Of a stretch of DNA of 14,170 bases, positions 8,018-14,170 are shown in pieces. Source of the stretch: Fibrobacteria bacterium (GTDB lineage: Bacteria; Fibrobacterota; Fibrobacteria; UBA11236); contig JBJHDK010000059.1 in assembly GCA_050486505.1 (NCBI GenBank), positions 1-14,170 of the forward strand. The letters are read 5' to 3'. The position numbers and the translations under genes are program-made. Every line of letters starts with the position of its first letter. Position 1 is the first letter of the stretch. The notes below the pieces were generated by a model. That model was not told the DNA's origin. It ran no database searches and saw nothing but the letters and a program-made list of their open reading frames with translations.

Positions 8018-8165
8018 GAGTTATGGGTTATGGGCTATCAATTGAACGCCAGGTCGTTATTGTGATGCGACGCGTTGCACGATAACGAATTTAAACGCTA
8101 TGTCCACTTCTGGAGCCGCCCTTGGTGTCCCCGACTCATAACTCATAACTCATAATTCATAACTT
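8018..8165 (+). repeat. Heptamer inverted-arm intergenic element, copy D
   Basis: Left arm GAGTTAT-GGGTTAT-GGGCTAT-CAATTGA at 8018-8045. Right arm (ATAACTC)2-ATAATTC-ATAACTT at 8138-8165. 8040-8067 matches copy E 10603-10630 at 22/28 nt ungapped. Confidence 0.85.
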
Positions 8166-8172
8166 TCCCGAC

Positions 8173-8577
8173 ATGATGAAGCCCCACAACCCTTACGCGC
8201 GTTTTCGCGAGAAGTCGTTGACACTCAACGATTACCTTGCGATCGACCGCACGGTGCTTGCCAATGAGCGCACCCTGTTGTCTTATGTGCGCACCGGGCT
8301 GACCCAGGTCATCATCGGCGGATCCGCGCTCAAGTTTTTCGATTCGCATGTGCTCACCGTGATCGGCATTCTTTTCCTGGCCGGCGGCGCGGTGACGCTG
8401 TGGTACGGCTGGCGCCGGTATCGCCACACGAACGCCCTGGTCCGTGTGGCCCTCGAGAGCCAGACAGGCGAAGAGGAGCATCCGCTGGAAGATGACCTGG
8501 AGCGCAAGGCAGAAGAAAAGAAGCGTGCCCAGGAGCAGGAGCGCGGGGACGGTACATCGTCTTCCCGCGATGCGTGA
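8173..8577 (+). CDS. DUF202 (YidH-like) membrane protein
   Basis: DYLAIDRTVLANERTLLSYVRTGL motif followed by two hydrophobic helices and a charged C-terminal tail. Confidence 0.88.
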   Translation: MMKPHNPYARFREKSLTLNDYLAIDRTVLANERTLLSYVRTGLTQVIIGGSALKFFDSHVLTVIGILFLAGGAVTLWYGWRRYRHTNALVRVALESQTGEEEHPLEDDLERKAEEKKRAQEQERGDGTSSSRDA

Positions 8578-8592
8578 GGATTCGGTTTCCGG

Positions 8593-10560
8593 CTACAACG
8601 GCCAGACCCACGCGATCATCGGCACGCCCACGATGACGATGAGGATTTCCAGGGGCAACCCCAGGCGCCAGTAGTCACCGAAACGGAACCCCCCGGGTCC
8701 GAGGATCAATGTGTTGTTCTGGTGCCCGATGGGAGTGAGGAAGGCGCACGACGCGCCCACGGCAACCGCCATCAGGAAAGGATCGGAGGCGACCCCGAGT
8801 TGCTGCGCCATGCCGATGGCGATGGGACACATGACCGCGGCCGTGGCGGCGTTGTTCATCCCGTCGGAGAGCATCATGGTGACTACTAGAATGATCCCGA
8901 GCGCGAGCAGCGGGCGACCCTGCGCCACGCCTTCGACAAGCCCGCGCGCGAGAAAATCAGCCGCACCGGTCGAGGCCAAAGCCCCCGCGACGGGGATGAG
9001 CGCGCCCAGCAGCACGATCACGGGCCAGTCGATGGCCTGGTATGCGGTGCGTAGCGGGGTCAGCTTGAACGCCATCGACGCGAGCATGCCGGCGGCGAAG
9101 CCCACGGCCGCGGGGACAAGTCCGAATGCCGCGGCGCCCACGGCCGCGGCCATGATGCCCGCGGCAAGGAGCGCGCGTTTCTTGTCGGGAATCCGAAGTT
9201 CGCGTTCCGCGAGGGGCACGCAGCCCAGCTGCGCGGCGAGCTCAGCGATGTCGCCGGCAGATCCCTGCACAAGCAACACGTCACCTGCGCGCACGGGCGT
9301 GACGCGAAGGCGTACGGTGGAACGGTGTCCTTGCCGGGAGATGGCGAGCAGGTTCACGTTGTAGCGCGTGCGCAGGCGGACGTCGGTGGCGGAGCGTCCG
9401 ATGAAGTGGGAGTCGGGAAGGACGGCGAGTTCGGTCAGCGTGATGTCGGAGTCTTCCCCGTTTTTCTTCTCGTCCTTGTCGTTGTTTTCCTTGTCTTCTT
9501 CCGCTTCGGGAAGTTCGTCGGTTTTCCCGTTCTTCCCGGAAGCTTCGCCCGCCTCGTTCCCCCCGCTCAGGGGAGAAGATTCTCCGGCGCCCCGAACGGA
9601 GCGCGCGCCTTCAGGTGCCCCCCCGTCGTTCTCTTCCTTGACGGCCTCGCTGCCATTCTTTTCGGGGTGCACATCCTCGACCAGCTTCAGGCCCAGGCCC
9701 GAGATCGCGGATGCAAGTGCCTCGGGTTCGGCCTCGATGACGAGGATGTCTCCGACGCGCAGGCGGCGGGTCGGACTGGGGGCAGTCATGCGGGTATCGT
9801 GCCGGACGAGCCCGACGATTTGCGCTTCGGTTTCGTCGAGCATGTCCTCCGCTTCCTGGAGGGTTTTCCCCGCAAGCTTTCCCTTTTCGGGAACCTTTGC
9901 TTCGGTGAGATAGGCGCCGGTGTCGAAACCTTCGGCATCCGGACGTTCACGCGCGGGGACAAGCCGCCACCCGCCCGCCACGATGAAGAGCAGGCCGGCG
10001 GCGGCGACGGCAAGCCCCACGGGCGCGAAGTCGAACATGGCGAAGCTGCCGTCCCCTGCCTCCACGCGGAATCCCGAGACGATGAGGTTGGGAGGCGTGC
10101 CGATCAACGTGGTCATGCCCCCGAGGATGGACCCGAAGGCGAGCGGCATGAGGACTTTTCCGGGCGCGAGCTGCTGCCGCTTGGCGACCTGCAGGGCCAC
10201 AGGCATGAGCAGGGCCAGCGCGCCGACGTTGTTCATGAATGCTGAAAGCACCGCGGCGATGCATGCCAGGGCGCCGATCGTGAGCGTCGGTCCGGCGTCG
10301 GCGCCGGGAACGAGGCGCCGCGTCAGGGAATCGACCGCGCCTGTGGCTTGCAGGGCACGGCTGAGTACGAGCACGCAGGCGACGGTGATCACGGCGGGAT
10401 GCCCGAAGCCCTCGAAGGCGGCCTGCGGCGCGACGAGTCCCGCGGCGACGCAGGCGAGCAGGGAGGCCGCTGCGACCATGTCATGCCGCCAGCGCCCCCA
10501 AAGGAAGAGGATCACCGTTGCGGCGAGGATGGCGAGGACGACGATTTGATCTTGCGTCAT
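8593..10560 (-). CDS. SLC13-family permease with TrkA-C (RCK_C) domains
   Basis: SAFMNNVGA, GGMTTLIGTPPNLIV, MNNAATAA, SCAFLTPIGHQNN, GGFRFGDYWRLG. Central soluble region has two TrkA-C-like repeats. Confidence 0.92.
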   Translation of the reverse strand: MTQDQIVVLAILAATVILFLWGRWRHDMVAAASLLACVAAGLVAPQAAFEGFGHPAVITVACVLVLSRALQATGAVDSLTRRLVPGADAGPTLTIGALACIAAVLSAFMNNVGALALLMPVALQVAKRQQLAPGKVLMPLAFGSILGGMTTLIGTPPNLIVSGFRVEAGDGSFAMFDFAPVGLAVAAAGLLFIVAGGWRLVPARERPDAEGFDTGAYLTEAKVPEKGKLAGKTLQEAEDMLDETEAQIVGLVRHDTRMTAPSPTRRLRVGDILVIEAEPEALASAISGLGLKLVEDVHPEKNGSEAVKEENDGGAPEGARSVRGAGESSPLSGGNEAGEASGKNGKTDELPEAEEDKENNDKDEKKNGEDSDITLTELAVLPDSHFIGRSATDVRLRTRYNVNLLAISRQGHRSTVRLRVTPVRAGDVLLVQGSAGDIAELAAQLGCVPLAERELRIPDKKRALLAAGIMAAAVGAAAFGLVPAAVGFAAGMLASMAFKLTPLRTAYQAIDWPVIVLLGALIPVAGALASTGAADFLARGLVEGVAQGRPLLALGIILVVTMMLSDGMNNAATAAVMCPIAIGMAQQLGVASDPFLMAVAVGASCAFLTPIGHQNNTLILGPGGFRFGDYWRLGLPLEILIVIVGVPMIAWVWPL

Positions 10561-10573
10561 GCGAGGGAGGATA

Positions 10574-10728
10574 GAATTAGGAATTAAGAATTACGAATTA
10601 CGAATTGAACGCAAAGGCGTTTGTGTGAAGTGGCTTGGAGCACAACGGCTGGCCTGCTGAGAACATTGGGTTTCAAGCATCTCCCCCTCATTCTTAATTC
10701 CTAATTCTTAATTCCTAATTCTTAATTT
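10574..10728 (+). repeat. Heptamer inverted-arm intergenic element, copy E
   Basis: Left arm GAATTAG-GAATTAA-(GAATTAC)2-GAATTGA at 10574-10608. Right arm CTCATTC-TTAATTC-CTAATTC-TTAATTC-CTAATTC-TTAATTT at 10687-10728. 10574-10606 is complementary to 10689-10721 at 30/33 nt. Core has GTTTGTGTGAAG at 10619-10630. Confidence 0.92.
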
Positions 10729-10734
10729 TCCCCC

Positions 10735-11178
10735 ATGACTTCCCCCGATCCTGAGGAAATCCTCTCCGATGCCATCGACCTGATCGCGGATTTTCGCGAG
10801 GAAGAAGCCGCGGAAATGCTCAATGCTTTCACTGCGGCCCTGAAAGCATCCATGAACGGATCGGATGCCGATGCGGAGAGGTATTACTACTGGGGGCGCG
10901 CCCTCGAGATCCAGGAGGAATGGGAACAGGCCTTGCTGCGCTTCGAAAGCGTTTTGCGCATCAGGCCCGAACATGAGCCGTCGCTGCGCGAGATTGCCAT
11001 GATTCTGCTCGACGCGCTTGATCGTCCCGAGAGCGCGAAAACCATTCTGACCGAGAAGCTTCTCAAGCTCAACCCCGGTTACCCGGAGTATGTCGAGGCA
11101 TTGGCTTCGGCCGAAGCCCTCATCCGCAACCGCGACGGAAGGCCGTTGAAGGAGTGGAAGGATGGGGACGGGGAGTAG
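10735..11178 (+). CDS. Tetratricopeptide-repeat-like protein
   Basis: AERYYYWGRALEIQEEWEQALLRFESVLRIRPEH is a canonical TPR-like unit, with a second unit ending LLKLNPG. Confidence 0.8.
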   Translation: MTSPDPEEILSDAIDLIADFREEEAAEMLNAFTAALKASMNGSDADAERYYYWGRALEIQEEWEQALLRFESVLRIRPEHEPSLREIAMILLDALDRPESAKTILTEKLLKLNPGYPEYVEALASAEALIRNRDGRPLKEWKDGDGE

Positions 11179-11190
11179 GGAGTTGATGAA

Positions 11191-11319
11191 GAATTAAGAA
11201 TTAAGAATTGGGAGGGGGTATCCTGAAACAAGAAGTCCGAAGGTTCACCCGCAATGTCCATGGATGCTTCACATAAACACGGGCCTTGCGTAAAATTCTT
11301 AATTCTCAATTCTCAATTC
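11191..11319 (-). repeat. Heptamer inverted-arm intergenic element, copy F (core inverted relative to A/E)
   Basis: Left arm (GAATTAA)2-GAATTGG at 11191-11211. Right arm AAAATTC-TTAATTC-(TCAATTC)2 at 11292-11319. Core has CTTCACATAAAC at 11267-11278 (reverse complement GTTTATGTGAAG). Confidence 0.9.
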
Positions 11320-12149
11320 TTCTCCCCCATTCCCAACGACAGCTGCTCCGGCTCGGGGTCGGGTCGCTCGGTCTCGTGGATTTCGCCGTCGGGACCCATC
11401 TGCGGAATCAGCGATTGCGCGTTCAGGATGCCCTCGAATTCGGAGAGGCGCGGCAGGTCGTCGGGCACGCGGTTGATGCCGAAATAGCGCATGAACTCGC
11501 GCGAGGTGTGGTAGGTGAACGCTTGCCCCAGCGTGTCGGAACGCCTCCCGATGTCGATCAGCTTTTTATCGAGCAGGGTCTTCAGGCTGCCGTCCACATT
11601 CACGCCGCGGATTGATTCGATCTCGGCCTTGGTGACGGGTTGCTTGTAGGCCACGATCGCCAGCGTTTCCAAGGCCGCCTGTGACAGGCGCCGCGGCGCA
11701 CCGTCCTTGAACAACTTGCGCGTCCAGGGGAAATACTTCGGCAGCGTGCGCAACCGGAACGTCCCGTCGGTCTCCACGACCTCGAACGGCAGTTCCGAGG
11801 ACTCCAGGTCCTTGTTGAGCTTGCGGACGAGCTGCCGCAGGCGCGGCGTGTCCCAGGCATCGCCCATGATCTCGCGCAAGGCGCGGGCATTCAGGTACTC
11901 GTTCGAGGCGAATAGCAGGGAACACAGCAGTTTGTCGGGCTCGGGTTCCCAGGTGGAAACCTCATCCTCGTCGTCGTCGCGGTCCGTGTTCGGGGAGGGG
12001 GTGGGCGCGTCCTCCGTCGTCGTGTCTTCGGAGGGGCGTTCCGTGGAATCCACGGGAGCGGTCACCTCGGGTTCACGCGCGGATGCCGCGTCCGCGCCCT
12101 CGCCCTCGGGGGCGGTGGCGTCGGGATTCTGGAGGTGTTCTTCGTTCAC
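11313..12149 (-). CDS. scpB: SMC-Scp complex subunit ScpB
   Basis: RRLSQAALETLAIVAYKQPVTKAEIESIRGVN, LLDKKLI, YHTSREFMRYFGI..LP signatures. GTG start, acidic N-terminal extension. Confidence 0.95.
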   Translation of the reverse strand: MNEEHLQNPDATAPEGEGADAASAREPEVTAPVDSTERPSEDTTTEDAPTPSPNTDRDDDEDEVSTWEPEPDKLLCSLLFASNEYLNARALREIMGDAWDTPRLRQLVRKLNKDLESSELPFEVVETDGTFRLRTLPKYFPWTRKLFKDGAPRRLSQAALETLAIVAYKQPVTKAEIESIRGVNVDGSLKTLLDKKLIDIGRRSDTLGQAFTYHTSREFMRYFGINRVPDDLPRLSEFEGILNAQSLIPQMGPDGEIHETERPDPEPEQLSLGMGEKN

Positions 12150-12197
12150 GCGAAAATCGTTGTTTTTAAGGGGGTTCGAAGCCCCGAAGTTGCGGCC

Positions 12198-12206
12198 AAG
12201 TTAGCA
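12198..12206 (-). promoter_or_regulatory. Possible extended -10 element (TGCTAACTT) upstream of scpB
   Basis: Minus-strand TG-N-TAACTT about 48 nt upstream of the scpB GTG. Pattern match only. Confidence 0.3.
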
Positions 12207-12263
12207 AACGGGATGCGGGGGGATCCCGGAAATCCAGGCCCGCGACGGATCCCCAAGGAAGCG

Positions 12264-13322
12264 TCAGCGTGGCTCCTCGTCGTCCTCAAGGCCCGCCGCC
12301 AGCTCGTCGGGGCCGCCGCGATCCAGTGCGGCCTCGGCCAGCGGTTCGAGCTCCGTGACGTGCGGAGCGTCCCCCCCCTCCTCCTTGAGTTCGCGGTCGA
12401 GCTCGGCCAATACTTCGTCGAGCACGGTGCGCGTCTTCCGCTGCAGGATCTGCTCCTGCACCCAGTCGACAAGCCCGGGGCGCAGGTCGTCGCCGGTCTC
12501 GGAGGGTTCGTCGACCGGGACATCGGCGGCGCGAATTTCCTCTGCGGTGTCGGAGTCGCCCGCCGCGGCCTGCTTGGGGTAGACCCAGATGGAGCCCAGC
12601 GCGCGGTTCTGACGGATCACGATGCGGTCGAGCTTGCAGAGTTCGAGCAGGGCCATGAAGGTCACGACCTTGGCCATGCGGCGCGGGTCGTTGCCGAAGA
12701 GATCCTCGAAGAGGCAGCGACCGGCCTCGAGCAGTTCGGTCTCGATGTGCTGCATGCGGTCTTCGATGGTGACTTCGTCGATCTCCACCTCGTGCACCGG
12801 GATGCGCGGCTTTTGGGACAACACGGTCTTGAAGGCCGCGAGCAAGTCGTAGATTCCCGCCTCGCCTTCCTCCGTTGCATCGTCGGAATCGGTCCCGTCC
12901 CTTCCGGGCTTCTCGGCGCGGCCGCGCGGAAAGCCCCCGAAGTTGCGCGACTCGATGGAGCGCAGGGAGCGCGCGGCTTCCTTGAACTTCTGGTACTCCA
13001 TCATCTGTGCGATGAGGGCCTGGCGGTCGAGCAGGTACTCCATCTCCTCGAGGGGGTCCTTTTCATCGGCGGGCAGGAGCTCGCGCGCCTTGAGGCGCAT
13101 CAGGCGCGCGGCCATCACCAGAAACTCCCCGGCTTCTCCCAGGTTGGCCTTTTGCATGGCCTGCAGGTGCTCGAGGTACTGGTCGGTGATGGAGGCGATC
13201 GACACGTCCTTGGGGTTGAGTTCGTTTTTTTCGACGAGATACAGCAACAGGTCGAGCGGCCCCTCGAACACCGGGAGCTTCACCTCGTAGCCGAGGTCGA
13301 GGACTTGCTGGAGCTGGGTCAC
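12264..13322 (-). CDS. scpA: Segregation/condensation protein ScpA
   Basis: VKLPVFEGPLDLLLYLV, SIASITDQYL, GEFLVMAARLMRLKARELLP, VVTFMALLEL. The GTG start overlaps the glmS TGA stop (GTGA). Confidence 0.95.
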   Translation of the reverse strand: MTQLQQVLDLGYEVKLPVFEGPLDLLLYLVEKNELNPKDVSIASITDQYLEHLQAMQKANLGEAGEFLVMAARLMRLKARELLPADEKDPLEEMEYLLDRQALIAQMMEYQKFKEAARSLRSIESRNFGGFPRGRAEKPGRDGTDSDDATEEGEAGIYDLLAAFKTVLSQKPRIPVHEVEIDEVTIEDRMQHIETELLEAGRCLFEDLFGNDPRRMAKVVTFMALLELCKLDRIVIRQNRALGSIWVYPKQAAAGDSDTAEEIRAADVPVDEPSETGDDLRPGLVDWVQEQILQRKTRTVLDEVLAELDRELKEEGGDAPHVTELEPLAEAALDRGGPDELAAGLEDDEEPR

Positions 13323-14170
13323 TCGACCGTCACGCTTTTTGCGAGGTTTCTAGGCATGTCGACGTCGCATCCGCGCAGCACGGCGATGTGATAGGCCAGC
13401 AGTTGCAAGGGGATGACCGTGAGCAGCGGCGTCAGCATCGGCAGGGTCTTCGGGATCCGGATGATGTGGTCGGCGACGCCCTCGAGATGGCCGTTTTCCG
13501 AGTCGGTGATGGCGAGAATGCGCCCTCCCCGGGCCTTCACCTCCTGCATGTTCGAGACGACCTTGTCGAACAGCGCGTCCGTGGGGCAGATCACGACCGT
13601 GGGCATGTCGGCGTCGATGAGGGCGATCGGGCCGTGCTTCATCTCTGCGGCCGGGTAGCCTTCCGCGTGGATGTAGGAGATTTCCTTGAGCTTCAGCGCG
13701 CCCTCGAGGGCGACGGGGAAGTTGAAACCGCGCCCAAGGTAGAGGAAGTTGCGGTGGTTCACGTATTGCTCGGCAATCTCGCGAATGCGATCGTTCTGCG
13801 CGAGAATTTCCCGGATCTGCTCGGGAATGGTTTCGAGGGCCTTGCAGATGCGGATGCCCTCGTCTGCGCTGACGCGGCGCATGCGGCCGAGCAGGAGCGC
13901 GACCAAGGTCAGCACGGTGACCTGGCAGGTGAATGCCTTGGTTGAGGCCACGCCGATCTCCGGACCGGCGTGCAGGTAGACGCCGCCGTTGGTTTCGCGC
14001 GCGATGGAACTGCCGACGGCGTTGCAGATGCCGAGCACCGTCGCACCCTTGCGCTGCGCCTCGCGCAGCGTCGTCAGCGTGTCGGCCGTTTCGCCCGACT
14101 GAGAGATGGCGAACACGATGGTTCGATCTTCAAGGATGGGGTTGCGGTAGCGGAATTCCGAGGCGTACTC
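13319..14170 (-). CDS. glmS: Glutamine--fructose-6-phosphate aminotransferase (isomerizing), C-terminal SIS domains; 5' part outside the window
   Basis: EYASEFRYRNP...ISQSGETADTL, AGPEIGVASTKAFT, ALEGALKLKEISYIHAEG, C-terminal DMPRNLAKSVTVE. Confidence 0.98.
   Translation of the reverse strand, partial: EYASEFRYRNPILEDRTIVFAISQSGETADTLTTLREAQRKGATVLGICNAVGSSIARETNGGVYLHAGPEIGVASTKAFTCQVTVLTLVALLLGRMRRVSADEGIRICKALETIPEQIREILAQNDRIREIAEQYVNHRNFLYLGRGFNFPVALEGALKLKEISYIHAEGYPAAEMKHGPIALIDADMPTVVICPTDALFDKVVSNMQEVKARGGRILAITDSENGHLEGVADHIIRIPKTLPMLTPLLTVIPLQLLAYHIAVLRGCDVDMPRNLAKSVTVE

Noticed and set aside
6874..8165. Integron attC sites around the small genes (GTTA.../...TAAC motifs, SMR gene)
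   Set aside because: The polarity is the reverse of attC: GTT-type units follow the stop and TAAC-type units precede the next gene. The arms are tandem 7-mers without L boxes, the elements also sit between divergent and convergent housekeeping genes, and there is no integrase.
10584..10676. Conserved micropeptide in the element cores (purine-rich SD-like tract, then YTG, then TCR-CAY-AAA = S-H-K on the opposite strand)
   Set aside because: It is in frame only in copy E (MKPNVLSRPAVVLQATSHKR...). The YTG-to-motif distance is 48, 47 and 46 nt in E, A and F, and B has an immediate stop, so no reading frame is conserved. A decayed gene remnant cannot be excluded.
2171..11319. Heptamer arrays as a CRISPR array
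   Set aside because: Units are 7 nt and directly tandem, there are no 23-47 nt repeats with regular spacers, copies are separated by whole genes, and no cas genes are present.
12135..13945. Plus-strand ORFs 12135..13391 and 13388..13945
   Set aside because: They are antisense shadows of the clearly recognisable scpA and glmS genes.
13319..14170. glmS ribozyme
   Set aside because: It would lie upstream of the glmS start, which is outside this window, so it cannot be assessed.

Overview
GC-rich bacterial chromosomal region. The gene set (Big_5 Ig-like protein, LptE, ScpA/ScpB, DEDDh-DinG fusion) suggests a diderm, possibly FCB-group/Fibrobacterota, which is an inference only. Plus strand: Ig-like domain protein (5'-truncated), small ExbD-like lipoprotein, hypothetical protein, DEDDh exonuclease fused to a degenerate DinG helicase, LptE, dapF, SugE/Gdx-type SMR transporter, cupin, DUF202 protein, TPR-like protein. 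Minus strand: SLC13/TrkA-C permease, scpB, scpA, glmS (partial). The main unexplained structure is a family of ~130-160 bp intergenic elements: 5 complete copies plus 1 orphan arm within ~9 kb. Each has inverted arms of tandem 7-mers, (GARTTRN)n ... (NYAAYTC)n, around a 60-90 nt core. The cores share motifs (AATTGAACGC, GTTTRTGYGAA), occur in both orientations and have a variable middle. The arms overlap or abut stop codons, or end in a TANNNT box 6-7 nt before SD-less ATGs. Also notable: the DinG module has lost its Walker A, Walker B and motif VI signatures, and the first ~100 bp look like an antisense rnpA fragment joined to the Ig-like gene (probable chimera or rearrangement).
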